Of a stretch of DNA of 64,000 nt, positions 9,009 to 18,923 are shown one piece after another (position 1 is the first letter of the stretch; every line of letters starts with the position of its first letter). A program made the position numbers and the translations under genes. Under the pieces are notes generated by a model, which did no database searches, had not been told where the DNA came from, and saw only the letters and a program-made list of their open reading frames with translations. Source of the stretch: Candidatus Poribacteria bacterium (lineage in GTDB: Bacteria > Poribacteria > WGA-4E > WGA-3G); NCBI GenBank assembly GCA_965242965.1, contig OZ251518.1, positions 2,880,001 through 2,944,000 on the forward strand. The letters run 5' to 3'.

Positions 9009-9953
9009 TCATTGACGTTTCTTCCACGGGGTTGAGATGCCGTGTTTGACGGCTTTGATGCTGGAAATCCCGTAATCAAAGACATCTTCGATATTGAATT
9101 CAAAGCCTTCATAGCTGACTTTTTCGCCAGAGCGAGGCAATCTGCCGAGCAGCATGAGGATAAATCCGCCGATAGTATCGCACTGGTTTGTTGCGATGCG
9201 GATGCCTAATTCAAGGTTGACATCGGCGATGGCGGCACGTGCATCGAGCCGCCACGCGCCCTTGCCGAGATTCTCAACGCGCGGCGCATCGCGCTTCCGA
9301 TTCCCGGCTATATCACCAACGATTTTCTCTAAAATATCGATTAATTCGACGAACCCGACGCAACTGCCGTGCTCGTTTATTACGATTGCAACCGGCATCT
9401 CTGCCTGCCGGAGCTCCTCTAACAACTCCATCGCAGGCTTTACTTCAGGGACATAATACGCCTCCCTGACGAAAGATGAGAGTTCCTCAAAATGCTGTCC
9501 GGTTGCAAGCACCTCCACGGTGTTGACGATGCCGAGGAGCCAGTCAATCCGTTCGTTATAGATAGGGATGTAGCGGTAGTTGAATTCGTGATAGAGTTCT
9601 CGGACTTCGGCGGAGGTGGAAGCCACGGTCAGCGCGACTATCTCCGATAGCGGCACCATTACCTCGCGTGTTGTCCGCGTCGTCAAAGAGAAGACAGCGC
9701 GCAGGAGCTGCGCCTCCTTTTCGGGAAACGCCGCAATGTTCTCCAACAGGAGTCTTCCAAGTTGCTCGCGGGAGGGTGCCGCTTTCCGTTTTAAGCCGCC
9801 GAAGAACCCTTTCTTCTGTTGGTTTACCTCATGTTCGTCATAGACGACGAGTGCTTCAGTATCAACGAATTCAACGTTCGCGTTTTCGGGATTGCCCGTT
9901 TGTGCGAGGTTATTTTTTGGGTCTGGATTTCGGGTTTTTGTATCCTTTTTCAT
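9009..9953 (-). CDS. CBS + CorC/HlyC domain protein (CorC/hemolysin-like)
   Basis: TREVMVP, YRYIPIY, AYYVPEVK, IVINEHGSCVG, DILEKIVGDI, DTIGGFI..LGRLP. Confidence 0.85.
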   Translation of the reverse strand: MKKDTKTRNPDPKNNLAQTGNPENANVEFVDTEALVVYDEHEVNQQKKGFFGGLKRKAAPSREQLGRLLLENIAAFPEKEAQLLRAVFSLTTRTTREVMVPLSEIVALTVASTSAEVRELYHEFNYRYIPIYNERIDWLLGIVNTVEVLATGQHFEELSSFVREAYYVPEVKPAMELLEELRQAEMPVAIVINEHGSCVGFVELIDILEKIVGDIAGNRKRDAPRVENLGKGAWRLDARAAIADVNLELGIRIATNQCDTIGGFILMLLGRLPRSGEKVSYEGFEFNIEDVFDYGISSIKAVKHGISTPWKKRQ

Positions 9954-9985
9954 AACGCAACTCCTTGTGACGATATTTTGAAAAA

Positions 9986-10495
9986 TCGAGACCAGGAGGT
10001 CTCTCCTACGGCATAAAACTGAGGGCGTTTCATAAATCGCTCAACGTCGCGGGGCTGCCCCCGCGCTACGATGAAAAAACGCTTCCCCTTCACGTAGGGC
10101 GAGGGCCCTCGCATGCCACACGCGCATGCGAGAGGGTTCCCCTCGCCAGGCAGCGATCGCGGGGGACAGGCCCCCGCGCTACGGTAAAAAAAACCGTCCC
10201 CTTCACCGTAGGGCGAGGGCCCTCGCATGCCACACGCACATCCGAGAGGGTTCCCCTCGCCATCCGTTTTGCTGTCAAACCTCATCACCCCGGTAGCTCA
10301 GGATCGTCTGAAGTTCTGGCATCCCTGCCAAACGATCCTGAACCGTTCGGGAGCGGGTGCTCCCGAACTACAGAGGTGGGCCCGATGCCTTCCGGTAGGA
10401 GGGACATCCTTGTCCCGATACCACATTCTCCCGGTAGGAGGGACATCCCTGTCCCGATACGTTGAAAAATCGAGACCAGAGGTCTCTCCTACCGC
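9986..10495. repeat. Composite REP cluster with TIR-like end GAGGGCGTTTCATA at 10021
   Basis: Several REP families interleaved. Confidence 0.85.
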
Positions 10496-10530
10496 ATAAT
10501 AACGCAAAACGTCGCGTGGCGGTTTCAGAA

Positions 10531-11340
10531 TCACACGGAAGCGGTGAGCGTCAACGCCGTTTTTCCACCGAGCCCAGCGACGACAGGAAACGTGCGTGCG
10601 GCCGGTTTGCCACCTTTCGGCACATACCGGACCTGGGGCGAAAAATAGGCGTAAAGCGCGGTGTTCCGCGAGTTCGGTGAAGTATTCGGGCCGGAACCGT
10701 GCACCATGAGGCTATGGAAAAATAGCGCGCTCCCTGCGGAGAGCGGGACATCTATTTGCTGTTCGGCGACATCCCCCCGGTCCGTCAATGCCTCATCCTG
10801 TTCGCGCGCGATGTGTCCCCACGTCTGCATGCCCCACAGATGGCTTTTTGGAATCACCTTAAAACAGCCGTTTTCGGGGGTTGCATCGTTGAGGGCGATG
10901 CTTACCGTGACGAGGTTCGGCGGCTCCATCGGCCAATAGGCAGAATCCTGATGTAACCCGTGCGAAGAGCCGTGGAACGCCGGTTTAAACATCAAGGTGC
11001 TTCTAAACAGCAGCAAATCCTCGCCGATTAAGTCCTGGACGACACTGATGAGTTTCGGATGCTGTGCCAGATGCCGGAACACTTCGGAATACTCGCGCGT
11101 GTTTTCCGCCTTCCGCAGCACCGGCAACTTATCGCCTTGCGTTTCGTCTTTGGCAAAAGGTTCGTGTTGGACGTGCCGGCGTGCGACATCCGCTACCGCT
11201 TTCTCGGCGGCAGCTTCTTGTCCAGCGGCGAATTGGTGCAGACGAAGAATCTCGTTTTGACAGTCCGCAATCTCCGTTGGTGACAACAGGTTTTCGACGA
11301 TGAGATAGCCCTCTTTTTGAAAAGACGTTTTGAAATCCAT
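10531..11340 (-). CDS. Phytanoyl-CoA dioxygenase (PhyH) family protein
   Basis: FQKEGYLIV, LHQDSAYW, DATPENGC, VHGSGPNTS..R. Confidence 0.9.
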   Translation of the reverse strand: MDFKTSFQKEGYLIVENLLSPTEIADCQNEILRLHQFAAGQEAAAEKAVADVARRHVQHEPFAKDETQGDKLPVLRKAENTREYSEVFRHLAQHPKLISVVQDLIGEDLLLFRSTLMFKPAFHGSSHGLHQDSAYWPMEPPNLVTVSIALNDATPENGCFKVIPKSHLWGMQTWGHIAREQDEALTDRGDVAEQQIDVPLSAGSALFFHSLMVHGSGPNTSPNSRNTALYAYFSPQVRYVPKGGKPAARTFPVVAGLGGKTALTLTASV

Positions 11341-11341
11341 T

Positions 11342-12808
11342 TTATCCTCCGATGAGTTGTTTCACTTCCCAGACAATGCTTGAAATAGCGAAGCCGATGT
11401 AGACGCATGAAGCGATGAGCATCATGATAGTGGAAAACCGCTTTGGTTTCGCGAAGTCAGGCAGAAAACGGCGGTTCATGTAGAGCGTGAGCGGCACATA
11501 GAGTGCCATCGCAAAACCGCCCATGTAGGCTGCGTTAAAGAGAAATCCTAATTCGCTGACATGCAGCTGCTCCATCACGAACGTAATTGCGCACCCGCCG
11601 ACAATCCAGATGCCAGCGATGATGAGATACCACCAACTCAGGTTGCGTTTCTGCGCGCCACGAAAGTTGGTGTAGATTATATCCGAAATAGAACGTGCCA
11701 CGCCATCAACGAGCGCGAGTTGCGTGCCGAAAAGCGTCGCCACGCCGACGAGGAGGAAGATGCGCTTCCCGGGCTCCCCCCAGATTTTGCCTAAGATGTT
11801 CGCCTCGTCATAAATGAGCTGCCCTGCTTCCGGCACAATTCCTTCTGGCCGCAAAACGGCAAGCGCGCCGAAAATGAAAAGCAGAATTGTGAAGGTGTTC
11901 AGTGCCCAGAAGAAAAGCATCTGGTCGCGTTTGACATAAGTCCACCACGCTGTGAACCGCTGGCGGTTCTCTGCCGTATCCTCAAACAGAAACCCGCTAG
12001 TCGGAACCGTTTCGGTTCTGCCGCGCAGTGGGTTTTGAAGCACCGGCAACTGCGCGCCCATCCCGATGTTTTTATCTCGCAAATAGAACGTATAGAAGAG
12101 ATTGGCGGTGCCGCCCGCGCCCGCGAATACCAGCGCGATAAAGAGTTGCTTCACCGACATATCGGGATGCTTGTAACCGACATTGACTAAGCCCGCGCCC
12201 AACTCGCGCCACGTCTCCAGCGAACCGACAGCAATCGCAACGACAACGAGGCCAATCGTGACGATGGCAACAAGTGCTTCTACGGTGTGTTCGACAGACT
12301 GATACACCATCTTCGGCCCGAAGAGGATGAGCGCGACAGCCGTGAAGGTGACGATTGTCCAGAACGTATCGGAACCCCAACCCCCGGGTCCGAGAATCAG
12401 TGCCTTGAGCGCGAGTCCCGATGCACGTGCCCAGCCCGGTGCAATCCAGCCGACGATAGTCAACAGGATGAACAGCGGTGCGAAGCCGCGCCAGATGCGG
12501 CTGTATCCTGTATAGACAGTCTCCCCGGTGGCGATTGTCCAGCGTCCCACCTCAAAGTTAATCCAGAGTTGGAGGAATACACCGAGCACCGCCGCCCATA
12601 TCATGCTGCCGCCATACTGCGCGGCGATGCGGGGCCATATCACGATTTCACCCGCACCAATGGATAACCCGACTAAGATGGCACCGGGGCCTGCAATCTT
12701 CCAGAAGGGCAACTTCTTTTCGGGCAGTTCAACGATTTTGAACGCCTCCAGCGGTTGATAAAGTTTTTTGTTCGCAATGCGTGCGATGAGGGTTTTCAGT
12801 GCAATCAT
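11342..12808 (-). CDS. Nramp-like (APC superfamily) secondary transporter
   Basis: GPGAILVGLSIGAGE, EVGRWTIATGET, about 11 TM helices. Confidence 0.8.
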   Translation of the reverse strand: MIALKTLIARIANKKLYQPLEAFKIVELPEKKLPFWKIAGPGAILVGLSIGAGEIVIWPRIAAQYGGSMIWAAVLGVFLQLWINFEVGRWTIATGETVYTGYSRIWRGFAPLFILLTIVGWIAPGWARASGLALKALILGPGGWGSDTFWTIVTFTAVALILFGPKMVYQSVEHTVEALVAIVTIGLVVVAIAVGSLETWRELGAGLVNVGYKHPDMSVKQLFIALVFAGAGGTANLFYTFYLRDKNIGMGAQLPVLQNPLRGRTETVPTSGFLFEDTAENRQRFTAWWTYVKRDQMLFFWALNTFTILLFIFGALAVLRPEGIVPEAGQLIYDEANILGKIWGEPGKRIFLLVGVATLFGTQLALVDGVARSISDIIYTNFRGAQKRNLSWWYLIIAGIWIVGGCAITFVMEQLHVSELGFLFNAAYMGGFAMALYVPLTLYMNRRFLPDFAKPKRFSTIMMLIASCVYIGFAISSIVWEVKQLIGG

Positions 12809-12874
12809 ATCTCCAACGCTCCATCAACGCCGACGATGACTACGTTCTCGGTGCTCATGTGATTGTGACAGATG

Positions 12875-15826
12875 TCACTGTGACAAATGTATCGCCTCGC
12901 GTAACACTTCAATGGGGTGCTTCGGCAGCACACCGGTACCGTGTTCTAACTGATGCCGACAGGAGAAACCGGGTGCAGTGAGCGTGACACCGTCCGCCAA
13001 TTTTTCACGGACGGTTGGGAAAAGCCGCAGTTCCCCAATTTTCATAGAGAGTTCATAATGACTCTTTTCATAACCGAATCCGCCTGCCATGCCACAGCAG
13101 CTGGAATCAATCACCGTGACATCGTGTCCGGGCGGTAAACTGAGCATCTGCACCGTCGGTTGGATACCGACAAGGGCGCGTTGGTGGCAGTGTCCGTGTA
13201 GCAAAACGTCGCGCGCTTCCTCGGCAAACGTGAGGGACACTTGTCCGTCTTCATGCAGTTGCGCGATGAATTCTTCAAACGAACAGGTGGCCTGCGCAAC
13301 CTGTTTTGCAGCCGGTGTGTTGATGAGTTCCACGTAATCATCGGTGATTGCGGAGGTGCAACTCGGTTCACACGCGATAATCGGCACACCTTCGTTGGCA
13401 TATTGGCTGAGCGAGGCGATGTTGTAACGCGCGTTTTCAATGGCCCTATCCAGCATGCCTTCTGAAATGAGCGGGCGGCCGCAACACCGCTTCTCCGGTA
13501 AGATGACGGTGAACCCTAACGCTTCCAACACCTCAACGGCTGCCTTGCCGATGGCAGGTTCGCTGTAGTTCATGAACGTATCGGCAAATAACACCACAGT
13601 GCGGTGGTTAGTAGGCGCGCTTTGTAAGCGCGCTTTTGATGTTTTGCGGAACCACTGCGTGAAAGTGGGCCGGACAAACGTCGGCATATCGCGTCGTCTG
13701 TCTACACCGAGGAATTTCTCGGCGAGCCATTTTGCGAGCGTGTTGTTCACTGCCCAACTAGAAAAAGGCGCGAACGCCGAACCGAATGGGGCCAGCGAGG
13801 CAATCTCCCCGAACATCCGCCGATGCAACGGCAGCCCATTCGCCTTGTGGTAATGCGCCAGCACCTCATACTTAATCTTCGCCATATCCACGTTAGAGGG
13901 ACACTCCGCCTTGCACGCCTTGCATCCGAGGCATAAATCTAGCACTTCATTGAGCCGCTCGCTGGTAAATTCAGTGTGCGGCAAGGCACCCGAAATAACG
14001 GAACGGAGCGCGTTCGCGCGGCCACGCGTGGAATGCTCTTCTTCGCGAGTACCGATGAAGGAGGGACACATCGTGCCGGTAAGCGTCTTTCTGCACGCGC
14101 CGACTCCGTTGCACATCTCAATCGCTCTACCGAAGCCATCTTGGCTGGAGAAATCGTAGTAGGTATCAATTTCAATGGTGTTGTATTTCGCCCCGAATCG
14201 GAGGTTTTCTGTCATCGGCGGCGCATCGATGATTTTGCCGGGGTTCATGATACCCCTCGGGTCGAAGGCGTTTTTCACCTCGCGGAGTGCTTGGTAAATC
14301 TGCGCGCCGAACATACTCTCCAGCCACTCGCTTCGGACGAGCCCATCGCCGTGTTCGCCACTCATCGCGCCATCAAGTTCCATGAGCAGGTCGCGCACTT
14401 CGCGCGCGATGCTGTGCATCTTCAGAATGTCCGCCTCGGACTTCAGGTTCACAATCGGCCGGTTGTGCAGCAGCCCGACGCTGGCGTGCGCGTAATAGGC
14501 TGCCGTCGTCCCGTGCGCGGTGACAATCTCGTCAAAGCGGCGGACATATTCGGGGAGGTTTTCAATCGGCACGGCGGCATCCTCCACGAAGCCCACCGGC
14601 TTTGCATCCCCCTTCATGCCCATCAGCAAACCGAGTCCAGCCTTCCGAGTCTCCCAGACGCGCGCTTTCTCTTCTGCCGTGAAACACCGCACGAATGCGT
14701 AACCGAATCCCGCGCTTTTCAACGTCTTCTCAAGGCTATCTAACTGCGCGTGCAGTTCCGCCGCCGAGTCACCATAGAATTCCACGGCGAGGAGTGCCGC
14801 CGGTTCTCCCTGTATAAAGGTGGTAACGCGTGAAAATTCCAGCGAACTGCGCGTCATATCAAGTATCGTTTTGTCGATGAGCTCCACCGCTGTCGGTTTG
14901 CACGCCAAGATGGGTTGCATCGCCTCCATAGCGGCGACGAGCGTCTCAAAATGCACGACGCAGAGAACCGTCATTTTTGGCACGGGGACGAGATTCACCG
15001 TCGCCTCAACGGTAGTAGCAAGCGTGCCTTCCGAACCGACGAGAATCTTCGTCAGACTAAAGGGATGTTCGGCATCGCAACCATCACGGCGATAAGGGGT
15101 TACCTCTTTGGAGCCGGCATCGGGGACAAACTCGTCAAGGTTATAGCCGGCGACGCGGCGCAGGATGCGCGGGTATCTCTTCCGAATCTCATCGGCGTTT
15201 TCGTTACAAATGCGGCAGAGTTCGCGATAAATGTTCGCCTCTAACGCATTGCCCTGCTGTTTTGCCGCCAATTCCGCCAGCGAAATCGGGGATGCCGTTA
15301 TCTCATCAGCGTTGGAAAGCACTAGGTTAAGCGACATCACATGATCGAGCGTTTTACCGTAGATGAGTGAATGCGAGCCAGCAGAGTTATTCCCGATGGT
15401 GCCGCCGACGTTCGCGCGACTGCTAGTGGCGACATCGGGGGCATACATCAGCCCATGCGGTTTGAGACGGTGGTTCAACTCGTCCAGCACGATGCCGGGT
15501 TGCACACGCGCCCACTGCTCCTCAACGTTCACTTCCAGGAGCGCGTTCATGTATTTGGACATATCTAGCACAATCGCCTCGCCGACGCTCTGTCCAGCGA
15601 GACTGGTGCCGCCGCCGCGCGGCAAAATCGGCACATCGCGCTCAGCGGCGATTTGCACCGTTGTGATAACGTCCTGTTGATGCTTTGGAATGACGACACC
15701 TATCGGCTGCATCTGGTAGAGACTGGCATCCGTGCTGTAGAGTGCTTTGGAATACCGGTCAAATCGGACTTCCCCGTCCAGTGCATCAGTGAGGCATCGT
15801 TCAAGTTCCGGGGTGGAGGTGTTCAT
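12875..15826 (-). CDS. FAD-linked oxidase fused to 4Fe-4S/CCG domains (GlcD/GlcF, YdiJ-like)
   Basis: YSTDAS, RGGGTSLAGQ, GSEGTL, SGEHGDG, CNGVGAC, CLGCKACKAECP, CCG motifs. Confidence 0.9.
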   Translation of the reverse strand: MNTSTPELERCLTDALDGEVRFDRYSKALYSTDASLYQMQPIGVVIPKHQQDVITTVQIAAERDVPILPRGGGTSLAGQSVGEAIVLDMSKYMNALLEVNVEEQWARVQPGIVLDELNHRLKPHGLMYAPDVATSSRANVGGTIGNNSAGSHSLIYGKTLDHVMSLNLVLSNADEITASPISLAELAAKQQGNALEANIYRELCRICNENADEIRKRYPRILRRVAGYNLDEFVPDAGSKEVTPYRRDGCDAEHPFSLTKILVGSEGTLATTVEATVNLVPVPKMTVLCVVHFETLVAAMEAMQPILACKPTAVELIDKTILDMTRSSLEFSRVTTFIQGEPAALLAVEFYGDSAAELHAQLDSLEKTLKSAGFGYAFVRCFTAEEKARVWETRKAGLGLLMGMKGDAKPVGFVEDAAVPIENLPEYVRRFDEIVTAHGTTAAYYAHASVGLLHNRPIVNLKSEADILKMHSIAREVRDLLMELDGAMSGEHGDGLVRSEWLESMFGAQIYQALREVKNAFDPRGIMNPGKIIDAPPMTENLRFGAKYNTIEIDTYYDFSSQDGFGRAIEMCNGVGACRKTLTGTMCPSFIGTREEEHSTRGRANALRSVISGALPHTEFTSERLNEVLDLCLGCKACKAECPSNVDMAKIKYEVLAHYHKANGLPLHRRMFGEIASLAPFGSAFAPFSSWAVNNTLAKWLAEKFLGVDRRRDMPTFVRPTFTQWFRKTSKARLQSAPTNHRTVVLFADTFMNYSEPAIGKAAVEVLEALGFTVILPEKRCCGRPLISEGMLDRAIENARYNIASLSQYANEGVPIIACEPSCTSAITDDYVELINTPAAKQVAQATCSFEEFIAQLHEDGQVSLTFAEEARDVLLHGHCHQRALVGIQPTVQMLSLPPGHDVTVIDSSCCGMAGGFGYEKSHYELSMKIGELRLFPTVREKLADGVTLTAPGFSCRHQLEHGTGVLPKHPIEVLREAIHLSQ

Positions 15827-15910
15827 ATTTGTCTAAAAATGGATAATCGTTTATTTTCCCTTACAATTTCGCGAAATGTGGTAAAAAAAGTGAAAAAGTG
15901 ACAAAAAAAT

Positions 15911-15939
15911 TTGACATTGCCGCGAAAATGTGGTATAAT
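15911..15939 (+). promoter_or_regulatory. Consensus sigma70 promoter of tRNA-Leu
   Basis: TTGACA-17 bp-TATAAT with extended -10 TG. Confidence 0.85.
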
Positions 15940-15951
15940 TAATATCATAAC

Positions 15952-16035
15952 GCCCCTGTGGTGGAATTTGGTATACACAGCAGGTTGAGGGCCTGTGCCT
16001 TAATTGGCATGCTGGTTCGAGTCCAGTCGGGGGCA
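15952..16035 (+). tRNA. tRNA-Leu(GAG)
   Basis: Acceptor GCCCCTG/CGGGGGC-A, anticodon loop TTGAGGG, long variable arm, GGTTCGAGTCC T-loop; no encoded CCA. Confidence 0.95.
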
Positions 16036-16314
16036 TTTTTTGTTGTTCGCGATTTTTTGTTGTTCGCGAGGCGTTCGATGGAGATTTCGCGGACAATCAC
16101 GTTTGTCTGCGTAACCCGTCATTGACGTTGTCAATGACTTTTTTGTTGTTCGCGAGGCGTTCGATAGAAATTTCGCGGACAATTACGTTTGTCTGCGTAA
16201 CCCGTCATCGGCGTTGCCGATGACTTTTTTTATTGTTCGCGAGGCGTTCGATAGAGATTTCGGGGACAATCAAGTTTGTCTGCGTAACCCGTCATCGGCG
16301 TTGCCGATGACTAC
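16036..16314. repeat. Three tandem ~86-bp structured repeats downstream of tRNA-Leu
   Basis: Units start at about 16053, 16139 and 16225; each has GCGGACAA..TTGTCTGC and GTCATYRRC-GTT-GYYRATGAC hairpins. Confidence 0.9.
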
Positions 16315-16325
16315 AGTTATGATTT

Positions 16326-17459
16326 TTATCCATCAAGCAACCGTTGGTATTCCTGATACGTCCGTTCGGCAATTGTCTCCCACGTAAAATTTTGCACCCG
16401 TGTTAACCCGCGCTGGATAAGTTTCGTTCGGTGCGCAGTATCGTGCGCGAGCTGATGGATGCACTCGGCTAAAGCGATTGCGTCTGTCTCCGGAAAGACG
16501 AGTCCTGCATCGGCAATGACGTGCGGAATTTCTCCCGAATCAGAACCGATGACAGGCACTTCACACGCCATCGCTTCAATCAACACTCTGCCAAAAAATT
16601 CTACCCATGTCGGCGTGGTTCGAGATGGTAACACGAGCGCGTCCATACAGTTTATATAGGCCGGCACCTCTTCCGGTGGCACGGCATCAATCCAGATAAT
16701 TCTGTCGGCGATGCCGAGTGTATCGGCTGTTCGGCGGAGCATCTGTTCATCTTCACCTTGCCCGACAATTAAAAGTTTGTAGGGCTCGCGTTGCAAGCGC
16801 GCCACCGCGTCTATCAGTGTATCTACCCCCTTCATGTGCAGGAGCCTGCCGACGTACCCCACCACAAAACAGTCAGCAAGTCCGAGGGATTCTCGGAGTT
16901 CCCGCACATCAATTTGATGAAAGAGGCGCGTGTCAACGCCGTTCGGAAACGGCACCTGTCTGCCCGTGTAACCGCGCTGGATTAAAATCTCCCCGGCGTT
17001 TTCACTGAGCGGCAAGGCGAGTTCGGTTTCCCGAAACACGCGCCGTTCTATCCAGACAGGCAAAACCCCGAAGCGTTGCTTCGTCGGGATGCTCAGCGAC
17101 GTGCGGAAGATAAAGCGGCTGTTTGGACAGAGCTGCCGCTTCAACCGAACCGCCTGCAAGGCATTGAGACTCCACGCCTCTTCCTCCAGATGGACAATAT
17201 CCGGTTGGAAGTCGCGGAAGTGTCGCTTCAGTCCGCGCCGGTAGTAAAAGCGGCTGCCATAACCAGAGAATCGGATAGGGCACGGAAATTCCTCACAGCG
17301 CGTGTCAGCCGCCGGTTCAAAGACAATCTCCTGGAAACTTTCATACCAACGCTCCGGTGTAATTACGCGCAGCGTGACATCAGGTTTCTCCGCGATGAGC
17401 GCGAATTTCCGCCGATACGGCTTCATGATATAGGAATGGGAGAGGACTAAGACGCGCAC
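16326..17459 (-). CDS. Glycosyltransferase family 4
   Basis: PDIVHLEE, FPNGVD, VGYVGRL..KGV, EFFGRVLIEAMACEVPVIGSDSG; GTG start just after the upstream stop. Confidence 0.9.
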   Translation of the reverse strand: MRVLVLSHSYIMKPYRRKFALIAEKPDVTLRVITPERWYESFQEIVFEPAADTRCEEFPCPIRFSGYGSRFYYRRGLKRHFRDFQPDIVHLEEEAWSLNALQAVRLKRQLCPNSRFIFRTSLSIPTKQRFGVLPVWIERRVFRETELALPLSENAGEILIQRGYTGRQVPFPNGVDTRLFHQIDVRELRESLGLADCFVVGYVGRLLHMKGVDTLIDAVARLQREPYKLLIVGQGEDEQMLRRTADTLGIADRIIWIDAVPPEEVPAYINCMDALVLPSRTTPTWVEFFGRVLIEAMACEVPVIGSDSGEIPHVIADAGLVFPETDAIALAECIHQLAHDTAHRTKLIQRGLTRVQNFTWETIAERTYQEYQRLLDG

Positions 17460-17463
17460 GAGT

Positions 17464-17889
17464 TTATGCCTCGGTATCGTCCGTTTTAACCGATTCAGCG
17501 GTATCTTCCACCGATGCAACGGGTGCAGCGGGCCCCGGCGTGAAGACGATGCTCTCTTCCGTTTCCTCATCAGTGGAAGCCGCTGCATCATCCTCACCGG
17601 CTTCACTTGTGTCGGCGAGGACTGTCATCAACTCCTCAAGCCGCTGGCGAATGCCGGCGCGTTCCTCTTGTGCGGTTAACTTCTCCAATTCGTAAGCCTC
17701 GTTCAGGTTGCTGTTGCGGGTTTCCAATTCTTGAATCTGCGCGTCGCGCTGCAGCACATCGCTGGTGAGCCGCGCGATTTCAGCCTCAAGTTCCAATTTC
17801 TCCGCCCGCAATTTCTGAACCGTCGCAATGGCGAGTTCAACGTGTTCTTCCAAAAGGGCAACAACGTTTTTTTCGGGTGATTCAGTCAT
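17464..17889 (-). CDS. ZapB-like coiled-coil cell division protein with acidic tail
   Basis: LLEEHVELAIATVQKLRAEKLELE heptads resembling the ZapB N-terminus; GGAGG RBS. Confidence 0.55.
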   Translation of the reverse strand: MTESPEKNVVALLEEHVELAIATVQKLRAEKLELEAEIARLTSDVLQRDAQIQELETRNSNLNEAYELEKLTAQEERAGIRQRLEELMTVLADTSEAGEDDAAASTDEETEESIVFTPGPAAPVASVEDTAESVKTDDTEA

Positions 17890-17967
17890 AATACCTCCAT
17901 TCTCCCTTGCTAATTAGCAGGTTGTAATGCCCGCCGCTATCGTCGCAAGCGACGGGCATCATGGTTG

Positions 17968-18459
17968 TTAATCACAAGAACATGCGCTAGCGTATGAAGC
18001 ACCACAAGCATCGCATGCACCCATAATTTTGCGAAATCGCTTGTGGGTTTCTCTATTCGCTTCTATATGTGCAAATCCGTGCCACTCAGAAGCCGCTTTT
18101 CGCTCAAGATAGTCAGTAGAATTTGGAAATTCTCGTATAAACTCTCTTCGCCGATTAGACTTAATCTGCTCGTAATCTAAACGAAGCACGCGGTCCAAGT
18201 CTGTGCTGTATTCTTCGCAATCGTCTAGCCAAGCGTCATAATTACGCTCACGCACTTCGCGCGCCGCACGTCGCTCGGATTCGTGCTTTCGCCACTCCTC
18301 GTTGGAACGCCTTATTCGATCATCCTCAATCGCCTTCCATATCAAGTGTAGGACAAAGCATGCACCAGAAGAGATGACAATAAAGTTCACGTAGTCAACG
18401 AATGGCGCATCGTTATTGGCAAGTACAACAATGCCTATGATTAGGATTAACCAAAACAT
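17968..18459 (-). CDS. Hypothetical membrane protein with Cys-rich C-terminus (CDACGASYASACSC)
   Basis: Two N-terminal hydrophobic segments, AGGAGA RBS before ATG 18459, appears more AT-rich than its neighbours. Confidence 0.65.
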   Translation of the reverse strand: MFWLILIIGIVVLANNDAPFVDYVNFIVISSGACFVLHLIWKAIEDDRIRRSNEEWRKHESERRAAREVRERNYDAWLDDCEEYSTDLDRVLRLDYEQIKSNRRREFIREFPNSTDYLERKAASEWHGFAHIEANRETHKRFRKIMGACDACGASYASACSCD

Positions 18460-18703
18460 TAATGTCTCCTTCAATTCTCCGTTGCTTGCTAATTAGCAAG
18501 CATAGGGTGGGGAGCAGGCCCCCGCCCTACACTTACCCTAACGCAGCGCATTACCACGCCGTATAGTCCGCCAAGAATAGCGCACGGACTACAGACTGGG
18601 TCAAGGTGGGTGCCTCTTCGCTTATCTCTAGCTCGCCCAACTCGTAGAGCCCCTCGATGATGTTCGGAAGGGACACTAACGGCGAACAGCCAATTATTAA
18701 TCT

Positions 18704-18915
18704 GAGGGTGTTTCATAATTCGATGCAATACCGTGGGAGAAACCTCCCTGTCTCGATGTTCCCGTAGCGCGGGGGCCTGTCCCCCGCGAGCGTTGGATGA
18801 CGCGAGCGATGGCGAGGGAAACCCGCTCGCATGCGCGTGTGGCATGCGAGGGCCCTCGCCCTACGGTGAGGGAGTAGCGTTTTTTTCGTAGCGCGGGGGC
18901 CTGTCCCCCGCGAGC
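18704..18915. repeat. REP cluster beginning with TIR-like GAGGGTGTTTCATA
   Basis: Same REP families as elsewhere in the window. Confidence 0.85.
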
Positions 18916-18923
18916 CTCTCCTA

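Noticed and set aside
16053-16314. CRISPR array or prophage att site next to tRNA-Leu
   Set aside because: The units are full tandem duplicates, there is no duplicated tRNA 3' end and no integrase.
17920-17975. Integron attC site after the orphan gene
   Set aside because: A hairpin is present but there is no convincing RYYYAAC/GTTRRRY pair and no integrase.
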